Below are positions 26,615 to 35,593 of a DNA stretch of 37,286 nt, one piece after another. A program made the translations under genes and the position numbers. Every line of letters begins with the position of its first letter. The stretch's first letter is position 1. The stretch is taken from positions 1-37,286 of the IMG/VR virus record IMGVR_UViG_3300028829_004751; one strand, written 5' to 3'. Source of the DNA: a virus (taxonomy: Duplodnaviria; Caudoviricetes). The notes under the pieces are model-generated. The model had not been told where the DNA came from and searched no databases. It worked only from the letters and a program-made list of their open reading frames with translations.

Positions 26615-27315
26615 TGTATAAATATATTTTTGATGTTGATGGAACACTAACACCCAGTCGTAAGCGTATGAATAAAAAGTTTGCTATATGGTTTAGTAAA
26701 TTTTGTGAAACAAATAATGTTTATTTAGTCACAGGAAGTGATCGTATTAAAACAGTTGAACAAGTAGGAGAATATATTTACTTTAAATGTAAACGTGTTT
26801 ATAATTGTTCTGGTTGTGATGTTTATGAAGGTGATCAAAATATAAGAACTATTACTTGGAAAATTCCTAGTAATGTAATAATTTGGTTAGAAGATAGACT
26901 AGAAGAAAGTGATTTTGTTTTACGAACTGGATTACACATAGAAGAACGCCCCGGCATGCTTAATTTTAGTATAGTAGGTCGTAATGCTATATTAGCAGAA
27001 CGTATGTTGTATATAGAATGGGATAAAAAGTATAATGAACGTAATCATATTGTACATGATTTTAATTTAAGATTTCCAACACTAAGCGCAACAGCAGGTG
27101 GGGAAACAGGAATAGATATAGGACCAAAAGGTGTAGATAAAAGCCAAATACTCATAGATTTTAACAAAAGTGATAATATAATTTTTTTTGGAGATAGAAT
27201 GGACAAACATGGAAATGATTATTCTCTTGCAAAAGCTAATAAAGGCACAAACTATCATGTTAAAGATTGGCAAAATACATGGGAAATATTAAATAAATTA
27301 ACTACAATAAAATGA
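26614..27315 (+). CDS. Phosphomannomutase, HAD-IIB (eukaryotic PMM-type)
   Basis: FDVDGTLT, VTGSD, IEERPGMLNFSIVGRNA, GG..GIDI, FFGD....GNDY. Confidence 0.88.
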   Translation: MYKYIFDVDGTLTPSRKRMNKKFAIWFSKFCETNNVYLVTGSDRIKTVEQVGEYIYFKCKRVYNCSGCDVYEGDQNIRTITWKIPSNVIIWLEDRLEESDFVLRTGLHIEERPGMLNFSIVGRNAILAERMLYIEWDKKYNERNHIVHDFNLRFPTLSATAGGETGIDIGPKGVDKSQILIDFNKSDNIIFFGDRMDKHGNDYSLAKANKGTNYHVKDWQNTWEILNKLTTIK

Positions 27316-27863
27316 CTCAAACAATAAATTTTTGTGGTGATTCTTTCTGTGCCAGTAAAGATAAAGAAAGTTGGACTATAATTTTATCAAATATGTTAGG
27401 CTATAAAATTTATGGAATAGGCAAAAAAGGAACAGCCTATGAGCACGCAATTAAAACATTTAATTCACAAGCACATGTAACAATATTTTGTTGGACTGAG
27501 CCACATAGAATCTATCATGAAACAGAATCAATCAATATGAGTTCAGCTGAAAATAAAAAACACAAGAGTAAAATCCATGCAGTAGCTTATGAGTATTACA
27601 AATATCTACATAGTCATGATTTAGCTGTTGACCGCAAACAAAGAGATTTTTTTTGGTTTGATGAAAAAGTGCTAAAACATTATAAAGGAAAGATAATACA
27701 CTTGTTTTCATTTGAAAGTGCCAAGTATGATTTTAATAATGGAATAATTATAAGAAAATCTTTAGAATTACATAATGTAGGGGACTCCTCAATTTATCCT
27801 AATCACATGACTAAAGAAAATAATTTTAAACTAGCAAACTCTCTTTATAAACTTTTAACTTAA
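27312..27863 (+). CDS. SGNH-like protein (third paralog)
   Basis: FCGDSF, G..G.A, C-terminal NHM...N..LA. Confidence 0.65.
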   Translation: MTQTINFCGDSFCASKDKESWTIILSNMLGYKIYGIGKKGTAYEHAIKTFNSQAHVTIFCWTEPHRIYHETESINMSSAENKKHKSKIHAVAYEYYKYLHSHDLAVDRKQRDFFWFDEKVLKHYKGKIIHLFSFESAKYDFNNGIIIRKSLELHNVGDSSIYPNHMTKENNFKLANSLYKLLT

Positions 27864-27900
27864 AGGTTGTCAATTAACAAAAGAAAGAGTAAAAAATGAC
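27863..27900 (+). repeat. Direct repeat B copy 1 (ends across ATG 27896)
   Basis: aaggttgtcaattaacaaaagaaagagtaaaaaatgac; 34/38 identical to 28285-28322. Confidence 0.8.
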
Positions 27901-28114
27901 TAAAATTCAAGAAAAAATTACACCACTGATGGATGAATTGCAAGCCATGATGGAAAGTGATGCACATTTAGAAAATCTGCACAATGTAGTAACAAAAATG
28001 GCGCAAGTAAATGTGTATAGAAGTTATATGAATGATGAAGACAAAGATTACTTAGAAGGTATTGAGTGGTTCTTGGAAGAATACCCTGAAGGTAGAACTT
28101 GGAATGTACAGTAG
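27896..28114 (+). CDS. Hypothetical acidic protein
   Basis: 72 aa ORF. Confidence 0.65.
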   Translation: MTKIQEKITPLMDELQAMMESDAHLENLHNVVTKMAQVNVYRSYMNDEDKDYLEGIEWFLEEYPEGRTWNVQ

Positions 28115-28328
28115 TGATTGTTGGCAATGTAAGTATGTTTGTTGGGCTATAGGTGCAGGACAAGGAGTTTTATGTTTTCACCCAGAAAATCAAAAGTATA
28201 ATCCAAAACCTCGCAAATATGTAGCATCAGGAGAAGAAGATAACTATTTGGTAAATAAGGCAACGATTGTAAGATACATACCAGAAGGTTGCCAATTAAG
28301 AGAAGAAAGAGTAAAAGATGACAGTTAA
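28104..28328 (+). CDS. Small Cys-rich (possibly metal-binding) protein; start ATG 28104
   Basis: CWQC...C..........C and a distal C. Confidence 0.6.
   Translation: MYSSDCWQCKYVCWAIGAGQGVLCFHPENQKYNPKPRKYVASGEEDNYLVNKATIVRYIPEGCQLREERVKDDS
28285..28322 (+). repeat. Direct repeat B copy 2 (ends across ATG 28318)
   Basis: aaggttgccaattaagagaagaaagagtaaaagatgac. Confidence 0.8.
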
Positions 28329-29058
28329 AATAATTACACCATATGTATATGAACAAGAAATATCACAACATAAGGATATGTTTTGGGAACTAGATGTACA
28401 TTATGAACAAGATGAAGCAGGTATAGGATCAGATCTTATGTATCAAAAAATGTGGAATAAATATCCTGAAGATGATATATTTATTCTTCATGCAGATATG
28501 ACTCCTCATCATGATAATTGGTTTGTTGAAGTTTTAGACTATGTAAAAAAATATCCTGAAGCAGGTATGTTTGGATGTCTATTACTTTATCCTGCGCAGA
28601 ATGAACAAAAACAATTTTATATTCAATGTGCAGGAGGTACTTTTACTAATGGAAATCCTGATCATTTTGGTAGCGGGTTAGTTTTAGAAAATAGTTCTAC
28701 CTTTAAAAATAATCTTAAATTAGATACTGGACAGTATGATATAGTCAGAGAAGTAGCTTGGACTACATTTGGTGGCTGTTATTTAAGAAGAAGTTTTTTA
28801 AATACTGTGGGTAACTTTTCACCGGAATATGAATGGACATATAATAGAGATGTAGACTATTGTTTAACAGCTCGTGAAGCAGGAGAACAAATTTATCAGA
28901 TCCCAATAAGACTGTACCATCACGAATCTAGAGATAATAAAAGAGTAAAAGATCAATCTAAAGCAAACATGGAAGCCAGAAATTTAGAAACATTGAAATC
29001 TAAATGGGCAAATTCAAAATTTTATAAAATGCTGGACAAAGAAATTAAAAATGGATAA
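28318..29058 (+). CDS. Glycosyltransferase family 2-like
   Basis: FILHADM, FGGCYLRR, RDVDYCL, LYHHES. Confidence 0.85.
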   Translation: MTVKIITPYVYEQEISQHKDMFWELDVHYEQDEAGIGSDLMYQKMWNKYPEDDIFILHADMTPHHDNWFVEVLDYVKKYPEAGMFGCLLLYPAQNEQKQFYIQCAGGTFTNGNPDHFGSGLVLENSSTFKNNLKLDTGQYDIVREVAWTTFGGCYLRRSFLNTVGNFSPEYEWTYNRDVDYCLTAREAGEQIYQIPIRLYHHESRDNKRVKDQSKANMEARNLETLKSKWANSKFYKMLDKEIKNG

Positions 29059-29281
29059 GATATATATATCTAAAGAAGAAATGTGGACTGGAATTAAACA
29101 AGAGGCAAAACAACTTAAACCATCAAATAATGCTCCTATATTAGTATTTTTTGTGTTTATGTGGTTAATTATCTGCCTCTTATTTGTTTTTATTCCTTTT
29201 GTAATTATATCTACAGTATTTCTTGTATTATACATACCATTCTACTTTATAGATAACTTACTTTTTAGAAGGAGGAAATAA
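29051..29281 (+). CDS. Small membrane protein
   Basis: About 40-residue hydrophobic stretch and basic C-terminus. Confidence 0.65.
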   Translation: MDKIYISKEEMWTGIKQEAKQLKPSNNAPILVFFVFMWLIICLLFVFIPFVIISTVFLVLYIPFYFIDNLLFRRRK

Positions 29282-29961
29282 TGGCTAAATTAAATGTGGC
29301 TTGGATAAAAGCAGCGTTGGAACTAGCAGCACAGAATAAATCTAAATTACTGCAATTTCATTATCAAACAATAATGGGAGAGTCTTCAGAAGAAATTAGA
29401 CATCTATTAAATAATTTGTGCGCAGCAGATAATGTAAATTATCTTGAGATAGGTGTACAAGGTGGGGGTACATTACTATCAGCTGCTGCTGGTAATCATA
29501 AAACTAAATGTGTCGGAATTGATAATTTTGTTATAAAAAGTAGTATGAGAGATGTTTTTGATCATCACCTAAACTTACACAATGTAAAAGACCAAAGTAC
29601 AGAAGAATCAAATGTTAATTTTATTGAAGATAGTTTTGAGTCAGTAAACTATAAAAAATTACCAAAATTTAATATAGTACATTTTGATGTAACTCCAGTA
29701 ACAAAGGAAACTTATGAAAACTTTTTTGAAAAAGTTTTTCCTAATTTAGCACAAGAATGTCTAGTAGTTTTTACAAACACTTCTTTAGAAGATTCTGCGC
29801 TACCTTTGACACAATCTTTAGCTAAATATCAAGATCATTATAAGATACTACACGAAGAAGAAAAAACCGTTAGAACTATGGGCAATACTAATGGCTGGTT
29901 TAATGGGATAAGAATTATACTTTTCAAAAAAACAATGTTTAAACCTAAAAAAGAGGCATAA
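29281..29961 (+). CDS. Class I SAM-dependent methyltransferase
   Basis: YLEIGVQGGGT, GIDNF, FNIVHFD. Confidence 0.78.
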   Translation: MAKLNVAWIKAALELAAQNKSKLLQFHYQTIMGESSEEIRHLLNNLCAADNVNYLEIGVQGGGTLLSAAAGNHKTKCVGIDNFVIKSSMRDVFDHHLNLHNVKDQSTEESNVNFIEDSFESVNYKKLPKFNIVHFDVTPVTKETYENFFEKVFPNLAQECLVVFTNTSLEDSALPLTQSLAKYQDHYKILHEEEKTVRTMGNTNGWFNGIRIILFKKTMFKPKKEA

Positions 29962-30792
29962 ATGAAAAAGAAGTCAGTTATTAGCTTAGTAAGCTATGAT
30001 GCAAGTTATTTACCAGAAAGTATTAAAAGATACTATAATTATGTAGATGAAATTATTCTAGGATTAGATAAAAATAGAAAAACCTGGAGTGGTAATAGTT
30101 TTTCATTTAATGAGTCACAACTATGGTCAGAGTTAAATGCTATTGATGGTGATAGTAAAATATCTATCATTGAAGAAGATTTTGTTAAAGGTGAGGTTGC
30201 GATAGAAAATGATAATTATGAAAGAAACTTTTTAAAGTCTAACTGTTCTAATGATTGGATTTTTTCTTTTGATGCTGATGAATGGCTAATTAATCCTAAA
30301 GAATTTTTCTATGATTTTTGTCCTTTAGTGGAAAGATACTATACAAAGGCAGATATTTGTATGACTTGGGCAACTCCTTATAAAACTATTGATGATACCA
30401 CCTTAGTAATAGCTAATGAAGATGACACGCCTTTTTTTGGGGAAAATCAAGGCATAGTAACTTCTGATGATAGTACTTTTGTATATGCTAGATGGACTAA
30501 CAAAAGTTCTGCAGGACATAATAGATTGTTATCCCCGCTCGTAGCTCTTCATTGGAGTCTATGTAGAAGTAAAGAAGATCTGCATCAAAAGATTAATAAT
30601 ATAGGACATTCTGATCTTGTAGAAAAAGATCCATTTTATAATGTATGGAATCAGGTTACTCTTGATAACTATACAGATCTACGTAATTTTAAAACATCAG
30701 GACTAGGTGAAGCTCAATGGCCTAAATTAGTGCCTATTAATACAGATCAAGTAGAAGACTACATTAGACAACATAGAGAATGGGCTTACTAA
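29962..30792 (+). CDS. Glycosyltransferase family 2-like
   Basis: YVDEII, ERN, DWIFSFDADE (DxD), HWS. Confidence 0.82.
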   Translation: MKKKSVISLVSYDASYLPESIKRYYNYVDEIILGLDKNRKTWSGNSFSFNESQLWSELNAIDGDSKISIIEEDFVKGEVAIENDNYERNFLKSNCSNDWIFSFDADEWLINPKEFFYDFCPLVERYYTKADICMTWATPYKTIDDTTLVIANEDDTPFFGENQGIVTSDDSTFVYARWTNKSSAGHNRLLSPLVALHWSLCRSKEDLHQKINNIGHSDLVEKDPFYNVWNQVTLDNYTDLRNFKTSGLGEAQWPKLVPINTDQVEDYIRQHREWAY

Positions 30793-30793
30793 T

Positions 30794-31957
30794 ATGAAAA
30801 TTGAATTTGTTGGAAAATTTTATGATAATCACTCTCTTTCTATTGTTAATAGAAATATAGTTACTAATATTAGTAACTTGCATCCTGATATTGAGATAGG
30901 AATTACTGCATTAGATGCTTATGATCCTGAGTATCAAGTAGATAAAAATATAGTCAAACAATTAAAAAAATTACAGAGTATAGACCTTGGAAACAGTCCA
31001 GATATACAAGTTAGACATACTTATCCTCCTATTTGGAACTGGCCTACATCAGATACTACTAAAGTTATCTATATACAGCCATGGGAATATAATAAAGTAC
31101 CTTTTGAATGGCAATATAAATTTGAAACATTTGCAGATGCATTAATAGTTCCTAGTAAATATATAGCTAATATATTTGGTCAAGCAGGTATGAAACCTGG
31201 TAATCTATATGTAGTACCAAATGGCTATAATGATAATATATTTAATACCGAAGCTACACCAGATCCAGATAAATATGCTAAGTCAGATAAGTTTAATTTT
31301 GTATATCTAGGAAATTCTCAGTGGAGAAAAGGTCTAGATATTCTGATGAATGTTTGGAAAGAGGCATTTAAAAAATATGATAATGTTAGATTAATAATTA
31401 AAGATAATCCTAAAATATATGGGCAAAGTAACATACTAAATGAAACTATTAAAATGCAGTACAAGACAGATTGTGCAGAAGTAATATACATTAACGATGA
31501 TTTATCTGATACTGAAATAGCTTCTATATTTAAAAATTCACAGATGATAGTACATCCGTATAGAGCCGAAGGATTTGGGATGCATATTCAAGAAGCTATA
31601 GCTTGTGGATGTGTACCTATAGTATCTGCGCAAGGCCCTACGGATGACTTTATTACAGAAGATTCTGGTTATAAAATTGCAACTCAAAGAAGTAATATGG
31701 ATATAACTAATCAAAATGTATTTGCTATGAAACCAGGAGATGCTATGACTAATATGAGTACTCACTCATTCTATCATGAACCTAATAAAGATCATTTATC
31801 AAATATAATGAGAACAATATACCACTCTCATACTAGAGAGAATCAACTAGCTGAAAAAGCAGAAAATAGTATGCTTGATAATACTTGGAAAAACATAAGT
31901 AATATTTATTTAGAAGTATTTAGACAAATTGCAAGTAGAGAAAGTACTGTTAGATAA
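30794..31957 (+). CDS. Glycosyltransferase family 4 (GT-B)
   Basis: VPS, VVPNG, RKGLDIL, PYRAEGFGMHIQEAIACG (Ex7E). Confidence 0.92.
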   Translation: MKIEFVGKFYDNHSLSIVNRNIVTNISNLHPDIEIGITALDAYDPEYQVDKNIVKQLKKLQSIDLGNSPDIQVRHTYPPIWNWPTSDTTKVIYIQPWEYNKVPFEWQYKFETFADALIVPSKYIANIFGQAGMKPGNLYVVPNGYNDNIFNTEATPDPDKYAKSDKFNFVYLGNSQWRKGLDILMNVWKEAFKKYDNVRLIIKDNPKIYGQSNILNETIKMQYKTDCAEVIYINDDLSDTEIASIFKNSQMIVHPYRAEGFGMHIQEAIACGCVPIVSAQGPTDDFITEDSGYKIATQRSNMDITNQNVFAMKPGDAMTNMSTHSFYHEPNKDHLSNIMRTIYHSHTRENQLAEKAENSMLDNTWKNISNIYLEVFRQIASRESTVR

Positions 31958-31970
31958 TAAAGGAATCTAT

Positions 31971-32447
31971 ATGACTGATTATTCAGAAGAACTAGATAAA
32001 TTTTTTACTGAATTAGAAAATAATCCTCCACCACCACCAAACTTAGTAGAATCTTTAGATAAAAAAATTATTAATGATTTTCATGGTAATGTACCTATAT
32101 TTAATGAAGAAGTTGAGGGTCAGCTACCAAAGATAACAATGAAAGCACAAATCTATATAACAGACATACTTGAGCAAGGGCAGTATTTTAGATTTGCAGT
32201 TGATGGTGGAGGTTGTTCTGGTTTTAATTATGCTTTTGATGTAGAAATACACCCTAAAAAAGATGATATACAATTTTCAGAAAATCCACCCTCAGTTATT
32301 GATCCTATTAGTCTAAAATATTTATATGGAAGTATCATAGATTTAGACACATCAGGATTAAGTAAACAACTTAAAGTAGAAAATCCAGGAGCAAAAGCTA
32401 GTTGTGGTTGTGGAACAAGTTTTGCATTTGATGAGTCTATGATATGA
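31971..32447 (+). CDS. A-type Fe-S cluster carrier (IscA/ErpA/HesB) with acidic N-terminal extension; start ATG 31971
   Basis: GGGCSGFNY and NP.A..SCGCGTSF motifs; AAGGA RBS. Confidence 0.9.
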   Translation: MTDYSEELDKFFTELENNPPPPPNLVESLDKKIINDFHGNVPIFNEEVEGQLPKITMKAQIYITDILEQGQYFRFAVDGGGCSGFNYAFDVEIHPKKDDIQFSENPPSVIDPISLKYLYGSIIDLDTSGLSKQLKVENPGAKASCGCGTSFAFDESMI

Positions 32448-33079
32448 AGTATAAAGAAATAGTAACAGAAAGCGGATTACCTTGGCTTGAACTTGATCTA
32501 ACAATACCTCATGAAGATATGCTAGAAGAAGCTATAAATCTTAAAGATGAGTTTGTTAAGCATAGAGATGAAGATAATGGTGGAGGAGGATACAGACATA
32601 AAGGGTGGCGAAGTCTCTGTATCCATGGAATAGATCCGTATAAAACTAATCACTACGAACAATATGGATATAAATCAAATAACGAAACTCCTTATAATTG
32701 GACAGAAATATGTGCTAGATGTCCTATAACTCATGAGTTTTTTAAGTATTATTTTCCTTATGATACATATTATAGAGTACGTTTTATGTTATTAGAGCCT
32801 CAAGGGTATATTACACCACATGAAGACTCTTTTGAACATAGACTGTCTCCTATTAATATAGCACTGAATAATCCTGAAGGTTGTAATTTTAAAATGAAAG
32901 GCCATAAAGGTTATTTACCTTTTGCGTCAGGAAAATCATTACTATTAGATGTGGGTAATACCCATGCAGTATATAATAATAGTAATGAAGATAGATACCA
33001 TATAATAGTACATGGTAAAACTACAAAAAAATTTAAAGAATTGGTAGAGCGTAGTTATGCGAAAAATGGGACTCAATAA
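32444..33079 (+). CDS. Aspartyl/asparaginyl beta-hydroxylase-like 2OG-Fe(II) oxygenase
   Basis: RVRFMLLEPQGYITPHED, NIALNNP, HAVYNNSNEDRYHIIVHG. Confidence 0.85.
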   Translation: MKYKEIVTESGLPWLELDLTIPHEDMLEEAINLKDEFVKHRDEDNGGGGYRHKGWRSLCIHGIDPYKTNHYEQYGYKSNNETPYNWTEICARCPITHEFFKYYFPYDTYYRVRFMLLEPQGYITPHEDSFEHRLSPINIALNNPEGCNFKMKGHKGYLPFASGKSLLLDVGNTHAVYNNSNEDRYHIIVHGKTTKKFKELVERSYAKNGTQ

Positions 33080-34433
33080 AAACTATGTAGTAGCAATATT
33101 TGATGACCCAAAATTTGCATCTAGAAATATGACTATACAAGAAAAACGTAAAGAAATTACAGAATTTTTTACAAGATTCAAATACTTTGGACCTATAATA
33201 TATGGTAAGTCAGTTAATGACGTATTAGATAAAGCATTAGAATATAATGTAGAATATTGTATAGTACAAGCAGTAGGTCATATTGTTAAAGATGGTTCAT
33301 TTTTTAAAATTATAGAAAAATGGATGACTAAAAAGAACTTCTTTATCACAGGACATATTATGGATAAAGAAACTCCAAATAGTAATTGGGCAGAAGGTAA
33401 CGGTTATTACGGATTACACAAACAGTGTATTTTAGTCAATCTAAACTACTATAAAAAGTTTGATAAACCTGTATGGGGAGAGGCTAAACATAAATTAGAC
33501 AAACCAGAGCATTTAGCTGCTGCTAATAGACATGCTAAAGATATACATGATGATTATACTCCACTATCTTTAATGCCTACACAGGATACAAAAGTGTGTA
33601 CTCCCTTAGTTGATGGCTGGAACTTTATAAATACTAGTTTAGAAAATGATTTAACAGTATATAATTTTCACCCTAAAATTAGAGATGCAAAAGAATTTAT
33701 TTATCCTACTAGTAGTATTGAAACTTTACAAGAACAACTATCTTGGATAAATAATATTGTTGCTTATGCACCAGAATGTGTATTTTTATGGAATACGGAA
33801 ACCTATTTAGATTTAAAATACTGTAAACTAAATAAACCTATTAAACATCTATACTCTGTAGCTGCTAGTTTCAAACCTCATATGATATTAAATACCTTTG
33901 GATTTGAAGAAGATACTACTGTAAACTTTTTTGACTATAGCAAACCCGCATTAGCTTATAAAAATATGATGGTAAAACAGTGGAATGGAGAAGATTATCC
34001 TGCATTTATAAATTGGGCTAGGAAAAAATATAATTTTAATGAAACACATGGGACTCTTACAGAAAATGAAACAGATGATTTTTTATGGCAAAGAGAAATA
34101 GCTTGGTGGGGAGATGAGAATAAAATAAAAAGTCATTGGCAAGAATATAAAAAATTAAAACATACCTACACACATGTAGATATTTGTAAAAGTCCTTTAT
34201 CTATAACTAAAAAAATAGTTCCATATGATTCAAACAGTGTAATTTGGTGGAGTAATGCATTTCATACTGTTAATGCTCATTATATGCAGGGTTTACAAGG
34301 AGTATCAAATAGTTATAATACATGGATTACACAAATTAAAAAAAGAAATCCTGATATGTGGATACTAGGAAAAGATTATCTAGATAAACCAGTAGAAGGA
34401 GGTCAGATAAAAAATTATGTTACTAAAAGCTAA
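33066..34433 (+). CDS. Large hypothetical protein (about 455 aa) between two AspH-like oxygenases
   Basis: Long ORF overlapping both neighbours; start GTG/ATG uncertain (33057 or 33066); no motif confidently recognised. Confidence 0.75.
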   Translation: MGLNKNYVVAIFDDPKFASRNMTIQEKRKEITEFFTRFKYFGPIIYGKSVNDVLDKALEYNVEYCIVQAVGHIVKDGSFFKIIEKWMTKKNFFITGHIMDKETPNSNWAEGNGYYGLHKQCILVNLNYYKKFDKPVWGEAKHKLDKPEHLAAANRHAKDIHDDYTPLSLMPTQDTKVCTPLVDGWNFINTSLENDLTVYNFHPKIRDAKEFIYPTSSIETLQEQLSWINNIVAYAPECVFLWNTETYLDLKYCKLNKPIKHLYSVAASFKPHMILNTFGFEEDTTVNFFDYSKPALAYKNMMVKQWNGEDYPAFINWARKKYNFNETHGTLTENETDDFLWQREIAWWGDENKIKSHWQEYKKLKHTYTHVDICKSPLSITKKIVPYDSNSVIWWSNAFHTVNAHYMQGLQGVSNSYNTWITQIKKRNPDMWILGKDYLDKPVEGGQIKNYVTKS

Positions 34434-35010
34434 AACAAGATTAGAGTTTGATAATAAGTGGGTTAAACAATTAAAGTTTGTAGAACATACAGATCAAGAC
34501 TTAGCAGGACATGTAGATGCTATATCAGTGAAAAGTGAGACAGGTAGTGTATTTGACTTTTATAGATCTAATCCTTTAGAAAATCCTAATCAATTTAAAT
34601 ATACCGCGTTATATGATAAAATAACACAAGTTAAAAAATTAACAGATTATTTTAAATTAGAAACTACTAGAGTACGTATACATAAGCAACTTCCTGGTCA
34701 AGAAATACCTATGCATACTGACGGTAATAACACTGCTGTAAAAAATAAAAGTGACTATATGATTCGAAGTATTACCGCTCTTACAGCTAGTAAAGATTTT
34801 ATATATAAATTTAAGTATAAAGAAGAGTTTACTTCTTATACACTAGAACAAGGTGAGACAATATTTTTTGATCCAGACTTAGTAGAACACGGAATGTTAA
34901 ACAAGTCAAATACAGAAATTAGATATGCTTTGGTACAGATATTTAAATTATATCCAGTAACAGATTGGATAAAAAACTTTTTAAATACAGAAAAAGTAGT
35001 TAATATATGA
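34417..35010 (+). CDS. Aspartyl/asparaginyl beta-hydroxylase-like 2OG-Fe(II) oxygenase (second)
   Basis: RVRIHKQLPGQEIPMHTD, HGMLNKSNTEIRYALV. Confidence 0.8.
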   Translation: MLLKAKTRLEFDNKWVKQLKFVEHTDQDLAGHVDAISVKSETGSVFDFYRSNPLENPNQFKYTALYDKITQVKKLTDYFKLETTRVRIHKQLPGQEIPMHTDGNNTAVKNKSDYMIRSITALTASKDFIYKFKYKEEFTSYTLEQGETIFFDPDLVEHGMLNKSNTEIRYALVQIFKLYPVTDWIKNFLNTEKVVNI

Positions 35011-35291
35011 ATATAGATTTTGGTACTGCATTTCATAAGCCAAACGGAAATGCAGTAAAAGTAACTGTAAATGAGTTTAGAGATAAATTATACTTACATA
35101 TAAGAGAGTACACAATGGACGGAGATACTGGACAGTGGTTTCCTACAAAATCAGGATTTTCTATACCTGCTGATGAAGTAAGCTCTTTAATACCATTACT
35201 TGAAGATGCAGCAGAAGCTGTAGCTCAAAGATATGTTTGGAATAATCAATTAGAATTAGAATTAGAATTGGAGAATAAATATGAGTATTAA
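35007..35291 (+). CDS. PC4/p15-like ssDNA-binding protein
   Basis: VTVNEFRDKLYLHIREY....G.WFPTKSG. Confidence 0.88.
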   Translation: MNIDFGTAFHKPNGNAVKVTVNEFRDKLYLHIREYTMDGDTGQWFPTKSGFSIPADEVSSLIPLLEDAAEAVAQRYVWNNQLELELELENKYEY

Positions 35292-35589
35292 AGCTTGGAA
35301 TGACGATCATGAATCAGAGCTTAAAAGACTTTATCAAGAAGAAAATATTAAAGATGTACATAGACTTGCTACACATTTTGGTAAAGGTTATAGAAGTGTA
35401 ATTAGTAAGCTGGTACAACTTAAAATATATGAAAAACCAGAAATTCATGAAGAAGATAGATCTCAAACTGTAAAAGTTATGTTAAGAGAGCTTGAAGAAT
35501 TATTAGGATTAGAAGTACTGGGAACTAATCTTAATAAAAAGGAAAATCTAAGTAAGTTATTAGAAGCTATTAAAAAGAAGATAGGATAG
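35281..35589 (+). CDS. T5 D3-like helix-turn-helix DNA-binding protein
   Basis: W.......L...Y.......LA..FGK..RSVISKL....IY.K pattern recalled from T5 D3-type proteins; context near PC4 and ligase. Confidence 0.55.
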   Translation: MSIKAWNDDHESELKRLYQEENIKDVHRLATHFGKGYRSVISKLVQLKIYEKPEIHEEDRSQTVKVMLRELEELLGLEVLGTNLNKKENLSKLLEAIKKKIG

Positions 35590-35593
35590 CATC

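Noticed and set aside
26617-26624. T4 late promoter TATAAATA
   Set aside because: Lies inside a CDS start, is expected by chance at this AT content, and is not seen consistently upstream of genes
13643-31957. Bacterial chromosomal O-antigen/capsule locus
   Set aside because: No wzx/wzy/wzm/initiating transferase; interleaved with phage-type small ORFs and flanked by lysis and phage replication genes
5482-35010. Calling any of the oxygenases TET/JBP
   Set aside because: Motif spacing fits P4H-, PhyH- and AspH-like families; no cytosine methyltransferase is in the window; a DNA substrate remains only a hypothesis
35250-35273. TTAGAA tandem repeat
   Set aside because: Only three to four units encoding LELELELE at a protein C-terminus; low-complexity coding
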